From Antedon mediterranea (taxonomy: Eukaryota; Animalia; Echinodermata): DNA of 64,000 nucleotides. Below, one piece after another: positions 12,550 through 25,600 of the stretch (its first letter is position 1; each line of letters starts with the position of its first letter). Below the pieces are notes generated by a model. It was not told the origin of the DNA, ran no database searches, and worked only from the letters and a program-made list of their open reading frames with translations. Both the position numbers and the translations under genes were made by a program. The DNA is taken from assembly GCF_964355755.1 (NCBI RefSeq), contig NC_092679.1, positions 13,809,432 to 13,873,431 on the forward strand, written 5' to 3'.

Positions 12550-14467
12550 CTATATTATAATATTATTTTTCTCAATGTGTGATTCTTCAAGGTCATCTTC
12601 ATCGATTTGAAGAAGCAGTGCTCCACTCGCTTGACGACAACAGTCTGTTTTGAATTTCTTCAAAAAATCAACTGAAAACGAGAGCAAACAAATAATTTAA
12701 TATTAATTTATAAGCAGTTGGCTGAATATGGTGGTTTAATATTCCTACATTTACATTATAGGCCTTCAATAAATATCTCACCAATTACGACTAGCATGAT
12801 AGAAACATTCAGCATAATTAGGATAACGGGAGTTATCTTGTGAAGTAAACCAATGACGTCATCTTCATTGAAACTCTGATCCAAGTTTACGATCGCCCCA
12901 ATGGATAGATTGGAATTGGAATCTCTGCTCTGACTTCTCTTTTATTGGTTCAAGGTATAAGTGCAACACAATAAATATGACAGTAAAAATAGAGAGTAAG
13001 TGTCACAAGTGACATAAGTTTTGTATTTATTTTGCAAGTCATGCTTACTTTTCCTTTTGTTTTCATTATTTGAACCTTTCTTTTGTTTTAGGAAACTATT
13101 GTTTGAAGCCAGTGGAGCAGAGTGTTTGTGTGCAGAGAAGGAGTGTGTGGAGGTTGCTGATTGGAGGAGAGGTGTAAGAGTTGAGTTGGTGTTTGAGTTG
13201 CTGATTGGTTGAGAAGGATAAGGTGGTGGTATGTGTGCAATTGAGGGAAGGTTGAGAGGGGGATGAAAATTGAGAGGAGACAGAGAAGGAGGGCTATGTT
13301 ATGTTGAAGCAGAAAGGAAATAAAGTGATACATATGAAGTTAATAAAGTGTGGGTTGGAAAGAATTATGGTGATATAGAGCTGAAGCAGAAAGGAAAAAA
13401 AGGGATATACATGAAGTTAATAATTGTGAGTTGGAAATAATTATGGTGATATAGAGCTGAAGCAGAAAATAGAGCTGAAGCAGGAAGGAAATAAAGTGAT
13501 ATACATGAAGTTAATAAATTGTGCGTTGGAAATAATTATGGTGATATAGAGCTGAAGCAGAAAGGAAATAAAGTGATATACATGAAGTTAATAAATTGTG
13601 AGTTGGAAGTAATACTATAAGGCAGTACAGAAAGACATCAAGAAACATTTTAACTTTATATTTCATTTATTTATATGTCAGAAAATAGTTGCAGTTTGAG
13701 AAGAATAATAATTGGGAATACAAGCATAACGGGAGCAGAGGCGTGGGAGTTGTTTAGTTGCAGAATCGTTTTAACTTTTATCTTTCGAATTTGTTTTTGT
13801 GTCAGCGTAGGAGAAAAGGCAAGAAGGAACGATATTTGTGGACATTCATTGTTGTTTAATTATTCATCTTGTGATATTATTGTATTTGGAAGGGGGGTTC
13901 TGGGATTTATTTGACAATAAGAAGATTGTTGATATTTTGTCTGGAAGGATTGGGAATTTGGGAAAGTGTATAAATTGTGTAAGGAATAGGGATACTGTAT
14001 CATTGTTTGAGAATTGGTGGTTTTTTTGTGGGGGGGGGGGGGGGGGGGTTGGATTATAGAAGGAAGAATTGTTTGTCAAAGATTATTATTAAATTTACTT
14101 TTTACATTTATATTTGTACAGTTGTGGCTATTTACCGTTGTTTACCGGTGGTTACCAGATATTACATGTCCGAAAGAGCCGTAATTGCGGCTGTTTGACA
14201 GTAAGACAAACTTGAGGACACGTCATCTTTCAAGTTTGCAATGAGTGCCAACAGAGCCTTGTTGTACAGCTCAAAGGATTCCCAAAACCAAAATGTTTGC
14301 TTGTATTGTACCCAAAAGAACCTTCCTCCAATAATCCACTCTTTACTCTGATTTTTCTTATGTTGATCACAACGTACATTTTTATAGTATAGCATAAGAA
14401 ATATGGCCAATGGAAAACCAATGATGTATATTAAAGCAAGGTAAACAAGTGTTTTGTTAGTTTGATA
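12550..14467 (-). pseudogene. 5'-truncated pseudogene copy of the last two exons of receptor gene B
   Basis: 12671-12550 matches B's terminal exon (VDFLKKFKTDCC..NIII*); ~12783-13000 plus 14206-14467 match the 3' part of B's large TM exon. It has an internal deletion near 12912, is split by a solo LTR, and similarity stops at ~14467. Confidence 0.9.
13001..14200 (-). mobile_element. Solo LTR (copy 1) with internal ~77-bp tandem repeats
   Basis: TGTCA...TGACA ends; TSD GTAAG at 12996-13000 and 14201-14205; empty site visible in gene B at ~53206; minus-strand AATAAA near the left end. Confidence 0.9.
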
Positions 14468-15510
14468 CGATAAAAATATGGTATAAAAATATCTAAAGCT
14501 GATCTGTATTGTACTGTACTATAAAAACAATCAGGTCCAGTGCGGTAGACAAATCATCAAACTGATGTGATTCCTAGGCCAAAGGAGTGCCCTTTCTAGA
14601 TAAAGTGCAGCGGGAAATTCAAATTGTCAATGGTACACATATGTCATTCAACACTCGAAAGGTGGCCTAGCGGAGCTCGTTATTGAATGTCCGCACAGTA
14701 CGACAGTCCGTTCGGATACAACCGTAGCACAATCGTTATAATAGACCAATGAAAGTAAGCATATAAACGAAAACAAGATTATCAAATGCCTGAATAATAA
14801 AATACAATGATGACTGTAGCAAAATCAATGGCGTCAAACAGATGGCATTGAGCTTGAGCATGTAGCCTACATGAAAATGTGATCATTTTGTTATAGGGCC
14901 TAACTAACTGGGAAGTATTAACCTCTGTGTATCCCTGCAGCATCTATAGAGATTGTTCATCCAAAAGGACGAAAATTTATAAATAAATAACCTACTGTAA
15001 TATATAATAATAATATTCATTAGTAGTTTAATGACAAAATCAGTAGCATTAGCATAACAATTGCTTTAGAGTGAACATTACCTATTATTATTGAAACCAG
15101 ATGGAATTGTGTTCACAGTTATAAACAGTTACACCAAGGAAAATCCATCGGTTTCGTTTTTGTTTTAAACAAGTTTGCAATTATGTGTCTTGAAAGTATT
15201 ATTTTGATCACATGATGTCCATACATGTTTCTTTTCATTCGGACCACCAAAGCTTTGAATTGTCGCTGTCATCCACTGTCATAATGCGAAGTTAGACTAT
15301 GCTTTAATTAGGAATTAGAATACACTCTATATAATGAATACATTTAGTTTATTCTGTGACAGTACTCAGTTCACTAAAACGAAACTTGGCTCTGGGTTTT
15401 CACCACGTTCTCGGAATACATACATCATAAGAGTAACTTTCTATCAATTAAATTTAAATCATTAAAACAGTTTCTGATACATTGAATTCCTATACCACTG
15501 TTTTGTTTGT

Positions 15511-16689
15511 CTATTGCCTAGATCCTTTGTAATTTCGACGTAAACTGCTGCTCTGATTTTGAGGTCGTGTCATGTCTGGTGGTCTTGGTGCTGTTTTTGA
15601 GGGTTTTGCTATTTTTCCTGTGGCATTTATTGATGGTAATGTCAAACTAGTATGTTCGTCGTCACTGGGAAGACGACTTGCACTCAGCCGTGGTGGGCTC
15701 AGTTGTGGTCTATTTGTTAGTCGTCCATTTGGTGGTTGCTTCCTCGCAGCTTGCTTATATGTTGCCGTATGTGGACCAATGTTATTCGAGGAAAGTCTTG
15801 CAATTTTAGCATTATCAAGCGATGGTCTGCTTCCTGGAAATACGGTAGCAGTACGTCCGACGCATCCATCTGAAAGTTTGTTTCTTGTATCAGAAGTGTA
15901 GCGGTTTCCCATCTTTTGACAGCTTGCAGTCGAGTTGTCTCTATGTAGTCTTTTAATCAGAGGACTAGATTTACCAGAAAGTTCAACCATATCCAGAAGA
16001 CTTCTCTCGTGCTGCTTCTTTCTTTGAGGCTTTCTTGTATACTTGATTGAGTCTGCAAAGTAAAATTATAAGTTACACTTTTAATTAGGTCTTGTTTCAT
16101 TTCAACCCATTTAAGCTAATGCATAGTAGACTGGTTTGACTCCATCTCAAAGTAAAAATATTTTGTTACACTTTTAGTTAGGTCTTGTTTCATTTGAACA
16201 CTCTCTCATTTCAATCTAAACTAAAGCACGGTGGACTTGTTTGACTCCATATCCTACATATTACTGGTATCCTACATGGTTCTGAATTGGGAGACATGTG
16301 CTTTACCTTCATTGTTAGAGAATCCGATTTTAGATGACATCAAGTCACACCCAGAAGTGACATCTGAAGGATGCACATCAAAGATCTGAAAATCTGTGTT
16401 TGATCTATATCTACGATCGTCAGATAATCTATATAAGAAGACATGGATTTATAAACTATAATATTGGTCTAAATGATTTCGGTACAAATAACTAAATACG
16501 GTTATGTATGTAGGCCTATATTGAATTGGCGTGTAGTGTACCTAGGCTAAAAAAGCATTGATACAAAACATCGTTCAAAAAATGTTTCAAAACACAAATC
16601 TTTTATCTATTTATTTAATTATACATGCTATTGAAATTTCATTTAGACTATAATTTAGTAACTTACCGTTTGTTTTTTCGTGAATCCAT
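15511..16689 (-). CDS. Gene C: 3-exon, 228-aa basic, S/R/K/P-rich, likely disordered protein of unknown function
   Basis: Exons 16689-16667 (ATG..CG|gtaagt), 16428-16307 and 16052-15511. Canonical splice sites, matching phases (2,1), open 687-nt frame MDSRKNKRLSDDRRYRS...SSSLRRNYKGSRQ*. Confidence 0.75.
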
Positions 16690-17074
16690 TAGTAAATTAG
16701 TGAAATATTTTCGGAGAAATTGTAAGACAGTGTAAGTTTGTTTGCTTTTAGACGTTTGTATGCTGTAGTAGTTACTATACTAATGCGAAAACGTATACAA
16801 TGGCAACAATCACGCGCTGCGCGCGTTACCATGGCTGGAAGTGGGAGCATACGCATTAATGCACTGTAATCTGCAGCTGTGATATGATGTGTGGCAAACA
16901 AGTATGACATGAACTTACATTGTTATAAATAAACAAGACCATATACATGGCTGCAGTCGCGTGTGCAAATTTGAGTCAGTGTTTACCGACCGACCGACCT
17001 ACCAACCGATCGACATAGTTAGCTATAGAGTAGCGTTTGCACGCGATTAAATTAAATAAATAATTAAATTAAAA

Positions 17075-17735
17075 ACATCTATATTTGCCTCCAAGTATTA
17101 ATATCCACTGTCAAAATAACGAAAAAACATAAATATGAGTTAGTGTTTACCGACCGACCGACCGAAATTGTGAAAATGTTAAAAAATGTTAAACAAATTT
17201 TAAAAACATTTATATTTGCCTCCAAGTATCAATATCCACTGTCAAAATAACGAAAAAATATGAATATGAGTTTGTGTTTACACCGATCGACTGACCGACA
17301 TAGTGAGCTACTAAAAAAAAACGAAAGAAATATGAATATGAATTAGTATTTACCGAACGACTAACAGACCGAAAAAAAAAACATTTTTTAAACATTTATA
17401 TTTGCCTCCAAGTATTAATATCCAGTGTCAAATTAAAGAAAAAAATATGAATATGAGTTTAGTGTTTACCGACCGACCAACCGACCGAAACTGCTAAAAA
17501 TGCTGAAAAATTGTTTTAAACACTTATGTTGGCCTCCAAGTATTAATATCCAGTGTCAAATTAAAAAAAAAATATGATTATGTGTTTAGTGTTTACCGAC
17601 CGACCGACCAACCTACCGAAATTGCTGAAGATGTAAAAAAATGTTGAAAAATGTTAAAAAACATTCATTATATTTGCATCCAAGTATTAATATCCACTGT
17701 CAAAATAACGGGGAAAAATATGAATATGAGTTTCA
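17075..17735. repeat. Minisatellite (~120-190-bp units) derived from the HINE-like family
   Basis: Repeated TTTGCCTCCAAGTATTAATATCCACTGTCAAA...GTGTTTACCGACCGACC units. Confidence 0.8.
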
Positions 17736-18136
17736 ATTAAATAAAATTAGCAAACGATACAATACGGTAGTATGTTGCTATGAGTATAATTATCATACCG
17801 ACTAACTGCTATTTATTTGATATAATACAGATTCCATCGATCAGTATCGAATGTAAAGATGGTATATGCTTGCTTTTTTACACGATCATACAATCGAGTG
17901 TGTGAATTTTGTTACATTAAAACAAATTTAAAAATGTATAATTAGTTAAACAAAATAGCATTAAATTTAGAGAGGATAAATTAGTTTGAAAGTAGAAAAT
18001 ACAATTTTCATTTCAAGATACAAAATCCACTTTTAATAGGATAGGGGTTATGCCTAGTTTCGATGTAAATGTTGTATGACTTGTGAATTCCATCGGAATG
18101 AGATCGAATGAAAATCAATATAAAATAAATACTTAC

Positions 18137-18159
18137 CGTTTGTTTTTTCTTGATTCCAT
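18137..18159 (-). other. Duplicate first coding exon of gene C (MESRKNKR|gtaagt)
   Basis: ATGGAATCAAGAAAAAACAAACG|GTAAGT; same length and phase as 16689-16667; flanking ~100 bp also similar. Confidence 0.65.
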
Positions 18160-18268
18160 TGTATATTTTGTTTTTTTCCGAGAAACTATAGTATAATTGC
18201 TTATGATTATAATGAAGTTTTTAGAGTATGTTGTTGCTAACGCTATTTACGTATACAATCGTGCGTTA

Positions 18269-18645
18269 AGCCGATTTTCTACTAGGCGAATTTGTTCGCG
18301 CGAATCAAACGTTTCGAAGAGAAAAAAATCGCCTACTCTCTTTCCACTACATAGCGAATAGCTGCGACGTTCATGTTCCTCGCGTGGTTGCTGAGCATTT
18401 CGATTCGCATGACTGCTCATGAAAGCGTCATAACTCATTTCCTGAGCTCTGATTGGTTGCGCAATATTTCGCTTCGCAAAAAGTAGAAACAATTCGAACT
18501 AGTAAATTTCGCTGATTAAAGCGAAAAATCAAGGAACTAGAATTCGTCGCAGAAGGGAGTATGACAGACAGAAACTCGAATACGCATGCGCAGAGCATGA
18601 CGCTTTCGATTCGCGCGAACAAATTCGCCTAGTGGAAAATAGGCT
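18269..18645. mobile_element. PIF/Harbinger-type MITE
   Basis: ~38-bp TIR AGCCGATTTTCTACTAGGCGAATTTGTTCGCGCGAATC; TTA TSD at 18266-18268 and 18646-18648. Confidence 0.85.
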
Positions 18646-20384
18646 TTACGTGCATTGCTAAAGAGATATTTGATCATGCTCATTATTACATTGTGTTCTC
18701 AAATATACCTATTGTTTTCACTTAATTTCTTAATACCGTATTCAATCGAATAAACTCTTCGGGGCGTGTATTGCTTTGGAGGGTTTTTGGAGGGTAGGGA
18801 TATTCGAGGGAGGCGTTTATTCGGGGAAGGCGTTTATTTTTTTGGGTGTAATATGTACAATCAAATAAATTCCCCATAGATATGAATAAATACAACACAA
18901 TTAATATCGAGAAGTTATAAAATATAAATAAAAATATAGTAAAAACTGGGGGTTATTCGAAGGGAGGGGAGCGTTTATTCAAAATGATGTTCTATGGGGG
19001 TGAAATCTCAAAATACTCAATAACAATTTTTTTTCACAAATGTTTTTCAAAAAAAACTCAAACAAAATACATAAATATTTAAGGCCGTCTGAACATTAAT
19101 TTTAGAATCAAAATTCGTAAATTGGTTGTCGTATGGCAATATTTCAAAATGTATAACTTCTTTTATAATTCAAAACAGGCTATATTATAGTGTAAAATCT
19201 ATTTAAATTAGGGAAGAATGAAATTTCACTCTTTCCTGATTTAAATATATTAACCTGTCGATCTATCATTCATACAATGTTGAGTTGTATGCTTACCTCC
19301 CTGCTGTTATCATTATATTAATTGCTATGAATTCATCTAATCAAAACAAATTTCTAAAAGTAAAAAATCGAGAATGTAGTTTATCTTGTGTATAACATTT
19401 TATTTTCAAATAACTTCATATTAATTCAGACCTTCAAAAAATTATGCAATCATGTGTCGAAAGTATTATTTTGATCACGTGGTGCTCATACATGTTACCT
19501 TTTAGTCGAATCATCAAAGTACCAACTGTCATCATGCGAAGTTAGACTATGCTTAGTCAGGAATTGGGATACACTCTACTTATGAATACATTTAGTTTAT
19601 TCTGTGACAGTACTCAGGTCCTTCGCTGCCATGATCATTGGAACGAAAGTTGGCTCAACTTGAAACAACTACAAATTAACAAGCTGCTTCCTTTGGTGCA
19701 AATTGTATTGTAAAATCAAATTGTGTGAAGAGAGGACTATGAGGGCGTTGTACCACAGTATACATTAACAATATTTGACTTGAAATTATTAAAATATCGA
19801 CGTATGTACCTCAGATTTGTAGTCTATTTTGTAATAAGTGTAGCGATATTTATTTATTTTTAACTTACAAACTATGAAAAACGATTTTCTTAATTGGCGC
19901 AGTTAGCTATGTTTTCATAATAGGAAGACTAAGAAATGTATGAACCTGTCCAACGGGGGAAAGAGAGATTGATTTTCAAATCGTCTAATGTAATCAATTT
20001 ATCAATAGTGTAGGTTTTTTTTAATCTAAAGTAAAATTAAGAGTTTTTTTGCTGTAGAATACGAATTGGAATAAAATGAAATAATTAGAAATGTTTAAGT
20101 CATAAACACATCATGAATATAATTATTCTTTAGGTTCTAAAAACGTGTATTGTCCTAATTGCTCAAGAGTGGGGAGAAAATGTAAAAAAACAAATCAATT
20201 AAAGTTCTTCTATGAAGTAGTAACAGCCAAACCAATATTCCATTATTACTGGACTTGTAGTAGTAAATGTATAATGTCATTAAACAGCATGACATAAGCT
20301 GTTAGAGTAAAACATTTGTTTTGAAAAAGAAAAAAGAGAACAAAATCGGGCCAATGTTACCGATATTAAGGGGCTGCTCCAGTC

Positions 20385-20952
20385 CCACTATCTTACAACT
20401 ACCTTCTAGTCCAACTGCTATGTCCCTAGGACAACTACCCCTCTAGAACAACAGCACTCTCTGACCAACCACACCTATTACACCTTAGGTTATAATTACG
20501 ATCTTGAAAAAAGGGGAAAGAGATCTTAATTGAAAGGCTGTTTGATTGACTGGTGCAGCTAGGTAAACTGTATGTTCATAGGTTTATATACGGCATCTAC
20601 ATGTCACACAAGAATAAAATAAGCCCACCCCTTTGTTTTTCAAGATTGGAATACCTTTTAATAATGTAATCGATTCTCGTTTAATCTAAAATAACTGCTG
20701 ACGATACGCATATTAAAAATTCAAAAGCTTTCATTTAAGATCAATCTCTCTCCATATGTTTATAAGTTCAGTAAGTTTTACAAGATCGTAATTATAACCT
20801 AAGGTGTATGTGTGTGTCATGGTATAGGTGTGGTTGTTCAGAGGGTGTTGTTGTCCTAGGGGCATGGCAGTTGGACTAGAGGGTAGTTGTCCAAGGAGGG
20901 TAGTTGTCCTAGGTGTAGTTTTTCTAGGGGGTAGTTCAAAAACTATCGTGGG
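20385..20952. mobile_element. Foldback MITE with GGACAACTACCC subterminal repeats
   Basis: ~20395-20507 is inverted at ~20780-20900. Confidence 0.6.
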
Positions 20953-20989
20953 ATTGATATTATTAAACAAAATAAATGGAAATTGCTAG

Positions 20990-21480
20990 ATGAACGTAGA
21001 GACTACGCTATTGCTTGTATTAAGTACAAATGTATACATGGTATTGCACCTACCAGTATTTGCAACGATATTGAAATGGTTTACGACCAACATGGATTTT
21101 CCCAAGATGTTCCCAATCTCTGAATGTTATACCACCTATGCCAAATGGCTTATTACTGAACGGATCGCTAAACAGTTCAGGAGCAAAAGTTTGGAATAAA
21201 ATACCTGTAAAAATTCAAGATATAGTTTGTCTGTAAATAGTTTTAAAATTAATTATAAAAGCATTTCTTAAAAAAATAATTGTATTTCCACTATTATTTT
21301 TAAAGTTCTATATTCACTGATTGTTTCATTTATTTATTTATTTATTTTTTTAATTTCTTGGGTTTTTTGGGGTTTTTTAAGTTGTTTCATTGCAGGACCA
21401 TATTGAAAAACAGAATTTTTTCTTTTCTAAATTATGTTATCCTGCCTAAATATATTTTAATAAACAAAATAAAATAAAAT
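20990..21480 (+). mobile_element. 3' fragment of a LINE
   Basis: Degenerate RT C-terminus (SGAKVWNKIPVKIQ), T-rich 3' UTR, AATAAA and (AAAAT)n tail. Confidence 0.55.
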
Positions 21481-22679
21481 TTTGCAAAGCAGGCTCGTTG
21501 AGCTTGTGCACTCTTTGTGTTCATAATCAGTGTACCATGTTCTGCATACCTCAATTCAATTCAATTCAAATTAACATTTATTTCTTCCACAGTAAAATAA
21601 CAACAAATATTCAATATAATTGTAAAATGAAGGAAGAGGGCAAAACTAAAAAAGTAACGCCAGATGAAAAACAGAAATTATATTAATCAAAAGACCTTGT
21701 GACAAGCAAGCCCTTAATAAATAATATAAATAAAAATTACAAATTAATTAACGTACAAAAACACACAGACAGGACAGGGCAAAAAAAAGAGAAAAAATGA
21801 ACAAACGATCATGTGATATAAAAGCTGATGATAATATAAAAAAACATTTTATAAATCATATTTTGACAAAAGAAATTTGTTTGGCTTTATGAGAGAAAAT
21901 TTTCCTGGAGGGGGTTGCAATGATTTCAGGAGAAAGGTCATTATATAATTTAACACCGCTATAACGGACATTGTGTTGGAGCAAGGTAAGTTTGGGCTGA
22001 GGAAGATGAAGTTTGTTGCAAGTTCTAGTAGAATAGGAGTGAGTGAGTTTTTGAAGAAGAAGCATAAATTGGATGGAAGAAGAGAATGCAAAGCTTCGTA
22101 AACAGAGATTGTGTAATTTATTAATGTCATAAATAGTTAGTAAATTTAAATTTTATAAAAGAGGGGACCCGAATGATCAAGGGCTAGCGAATCAGATATA
22201 ATGCGTACCGCCTTCTTTTGGAGCTTATGAATTTGATAGAGATTTGATTTAAAATGATTGGCCCAGACAATATTACAATAGGTAATAAAAGGAAGGATAA
22301 GAGAGGAATAAATAGAATGTAAGATTGAATTAGGAAGGAAAAATGGAAGGCGATAAATAATAACGATATTTTTGGATATTTTTAATTCTTTTATATGTTT
22401 TTTAAAATTGAGTTCGTAACATTATTAAGTTCGCGATTAATAGAAAGAAAGAGGGAATCAAGATTTGAATTAGAATAAAATATGGTGGTGTCGTCAGCGT
22501 AAAGGTAGAACGTTAAATTTTTAGATGAGTTTGGTAAATCATTTACATAAAGAAGAAATAAAAGAGGACCGAGGAGGGAACCCTTTTTAGATTGATTAAT
22601 AAGAACGAAATGCGTGTACAGAAAAGAGTATTTGCTTAAAAATAAATCATATGCTGCGTTGGGGTCCCGGGCATTGATG

Positions 22680-25600
22680 CACCCGATTCTGCTACTGTCC
22701 ACATGTGCTATCTGTAAAACTATAGCAAGTTATACACGTTGTTGTCTGCTATAAATGCTGTACTTTTAACACACGGTACACTGTCTGTAGCACAGTGTCT
22801 GTTGACAATTTACAATGATGTACTGTACAACCATAGATAGGCAGGTTTTCGTACTGCCATGCAAGAATGGATAGGTGTTTTCCGCCGCTTTTAGGCCTTC
22901 TTGTCAATTATTGTTATTATTATACGAATTACGTAATTAGTTTAGTAGCTCATCTACCTTTTTAGCAGGGCATAATGAATATTGTAGCTAGGCTAGGCCT
23001 ACTAGTCTAGCGGGAAATCAACCAATTATTTGGTTGGATACGAGTTTAGGGTAGGAAGTTAAGTACGAGTTGGCATGGGTACGAGTCGACCAGGGGTGAA
23101 TCGACCAGGGTACACCCGGCCGCCCTACTAGAGCATAGGCTACAGGCCTGCAGGAATGGGAAATCTGTCCTAGCTATAGGCATAGGCCTACATTGGGACG
23201 CCCAAAAAAGCCATCCCATGAGCATAAAAAGGCCTCGTAGAGCCAGACGTGTTAGCCTATACTACACAGTACTAACTACTAGTACGTCTACCATTTATTA
23301 TAGTTCCATGGTACTATACTACGGATCACTACTATCTAGGCCTAGCTAGTATGCTAGAGTTCCAGTAATTTCGGTCGCGTTTTCGGCCTACTTATCAGGA
23401 GGGCATGTGAGAGGTGAGGTAGGTTAGCCCAGCTAGGCTAAACTAACCTGTAAGTAGTATTCTAGCATGGGAACGAGTTGACACAGTGGTACGGGTTGAC
23501 CCTTATCATTTTCTAGGGTGCTGGTCAACCTACCCATGCCAACTCATACCCAATTTGGCTAACCCGTACTCAAATAATTGGTCAAATCGTACCAACTTTG
23601 GCTAACCTGTACCAAAACTTTTAATAGCATTAAACATGGATACTGGTCAGCCCATGAAGAGTACGAGCCAGCCCTTGATGATTGCTAGAGTGCGAGCCAA
23701 CATTTTGGGTACGAATATCCCAAAATTTGGTTACCAGTTGGAATTGCGGGTTGACCTGTATTCTTCTAGCTAATCTTACTAGGCCTCGAGTAGGTCTACG
23801 CTAAATTCCGGCTACAATAATGGTCTATTCTGTTTATAGCTTTATTGATACTGGGTTCAAATCTGGGTTGGGACGGCTTTTTCTCATTCAAAAACAGATT
23901 TCCTTATAATAATAAAATAATATCGGCCTATGAATTTAACTTAATATTGTATTGTTTACATAATATTAGTAATTCCCATTGCATTTATTATTATTATTAT
24001 TATATATTTTACGGTTACCCCTTAATTATAGTAACTATAGTATAACTTCCTTGTTATATTTTACAATATTGTCTTCATAATTCAGCAATTTTTTTTTTCA
24101 CAGCACAAATTATCATACTGAATCATCACACACCAAGTCTCATGAAATCTCTACTGTATTTCTGCAAGCTAATGCAGCTACATGGTATTGCCTTGAGGCT
24201 AAATTACACTGTATACTGGCACTACCATCATTCCTAGCCCACACGTAAGTACAGTCGTGTACTACTGATTCCATCCTGTGGTCAAGGCTTTATTTGCTCT
24301 TATGCTTATTTCCTCTTACATACAGAGTATGTATGGCTTCTAATTTGCTTTTATACCGGTTAATTTAAAAATCATTTATGCCTATTGGTGCATAAAGATC
24401 AAATTTAGACTGTAAATACTGGAATAATCACCCAAAATTTATTTCACAGCTAGAAAAAAGCATACAGAGTTTTTTGTTGTTTGTTTTATTCATAACTGTT
24501 GAATTGCATCCCAATACATGGTACCTATTGGTATTATATCTATAAATATAAAGTACTCTCTTATAAATAGATGTATTTCTCCAAACTACTCCAACTATAG
24601 TATACTAATAATATATGTACTATTAGCATACTACTGTACACTTTGTAGACAAGAAATAAGTTGTATCCACCTAGAGGACTTATGTTAGTACTGTACAGTC
24701 GATCGTCCTCTCACTGGCCTGGTCAACATAATCTACGCCTAGATTATTACAGTAATTAAAAAGTACATTATTAAGAGATTTTTTTTTTTTTGCAGAAATC
24801 AAAGTTATGTGTATAGAAAGCAGTACTCGTATTAAAAACTAAGCAGGTTGTACTGAACGCAAACTGGCAGGATATTTTGAATATTTTTTGTTCATTTTCC
24901 ACGAACTGGAGACAAAGACATATTACGACCCTTTTATTAAAATTTATTTGGATAGACCTCCATGTAAATTCATTAAAGGCTATATGATTGTTTTATATTT
25001 TAATAATGTGATAGTAGAAAGCCATTGTGCATAATGAGGACTATGAATCTAATATTTACTTGCATTCTCATCTTTTTAACATTTTATTTATAATGCTGGT
25101 AATGAATTTACTATTGAAAAGGTCATGTTTCCACTTATCTCAAATGTTGGCACCCGGCCCACCTCTAACCTTGGTAGAACTGACTGTGTTCTACCTTTCT
25201 ACATGAGTACATATAGTAGTGTTTCCACCATACTACTTCAACCTGGTAATTGAATAAATTTCATTGGGGTAACATTTAAACTAATTATCACCTTTAACAT
25301 AAAGTATCCTCCTCCTGAAACACGTATTTGTACTGTACTTCATCCATTACTTAATACTAATTTATGTGATTTATGTCTAACTTCAGGAATGATCTGAAGC
25401 TAGAAGAACGAATTTCTGTACACATATAAAAAATAAACCAATGTTTTCCTAATAATTTAACCCCTAGGTTGATAACTAACAAAGAAATTATTGAAATTAT
25501 GTTCTCACAATATATAGGTGTACTGTATCTACAATGCATGCTGCTGTACTTGTTTTTAACCGCATAATGGCATTGAAAACAAGAATGTTTTATAATTATT

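Noticed and set aside
13300-13610. Regularly spaced repeats resembling a CRISPR array (also 32430-32700 and 17075-17735)
   Set aside because: Tandem units with no unique spacers, eukaryotic context, no cas genes
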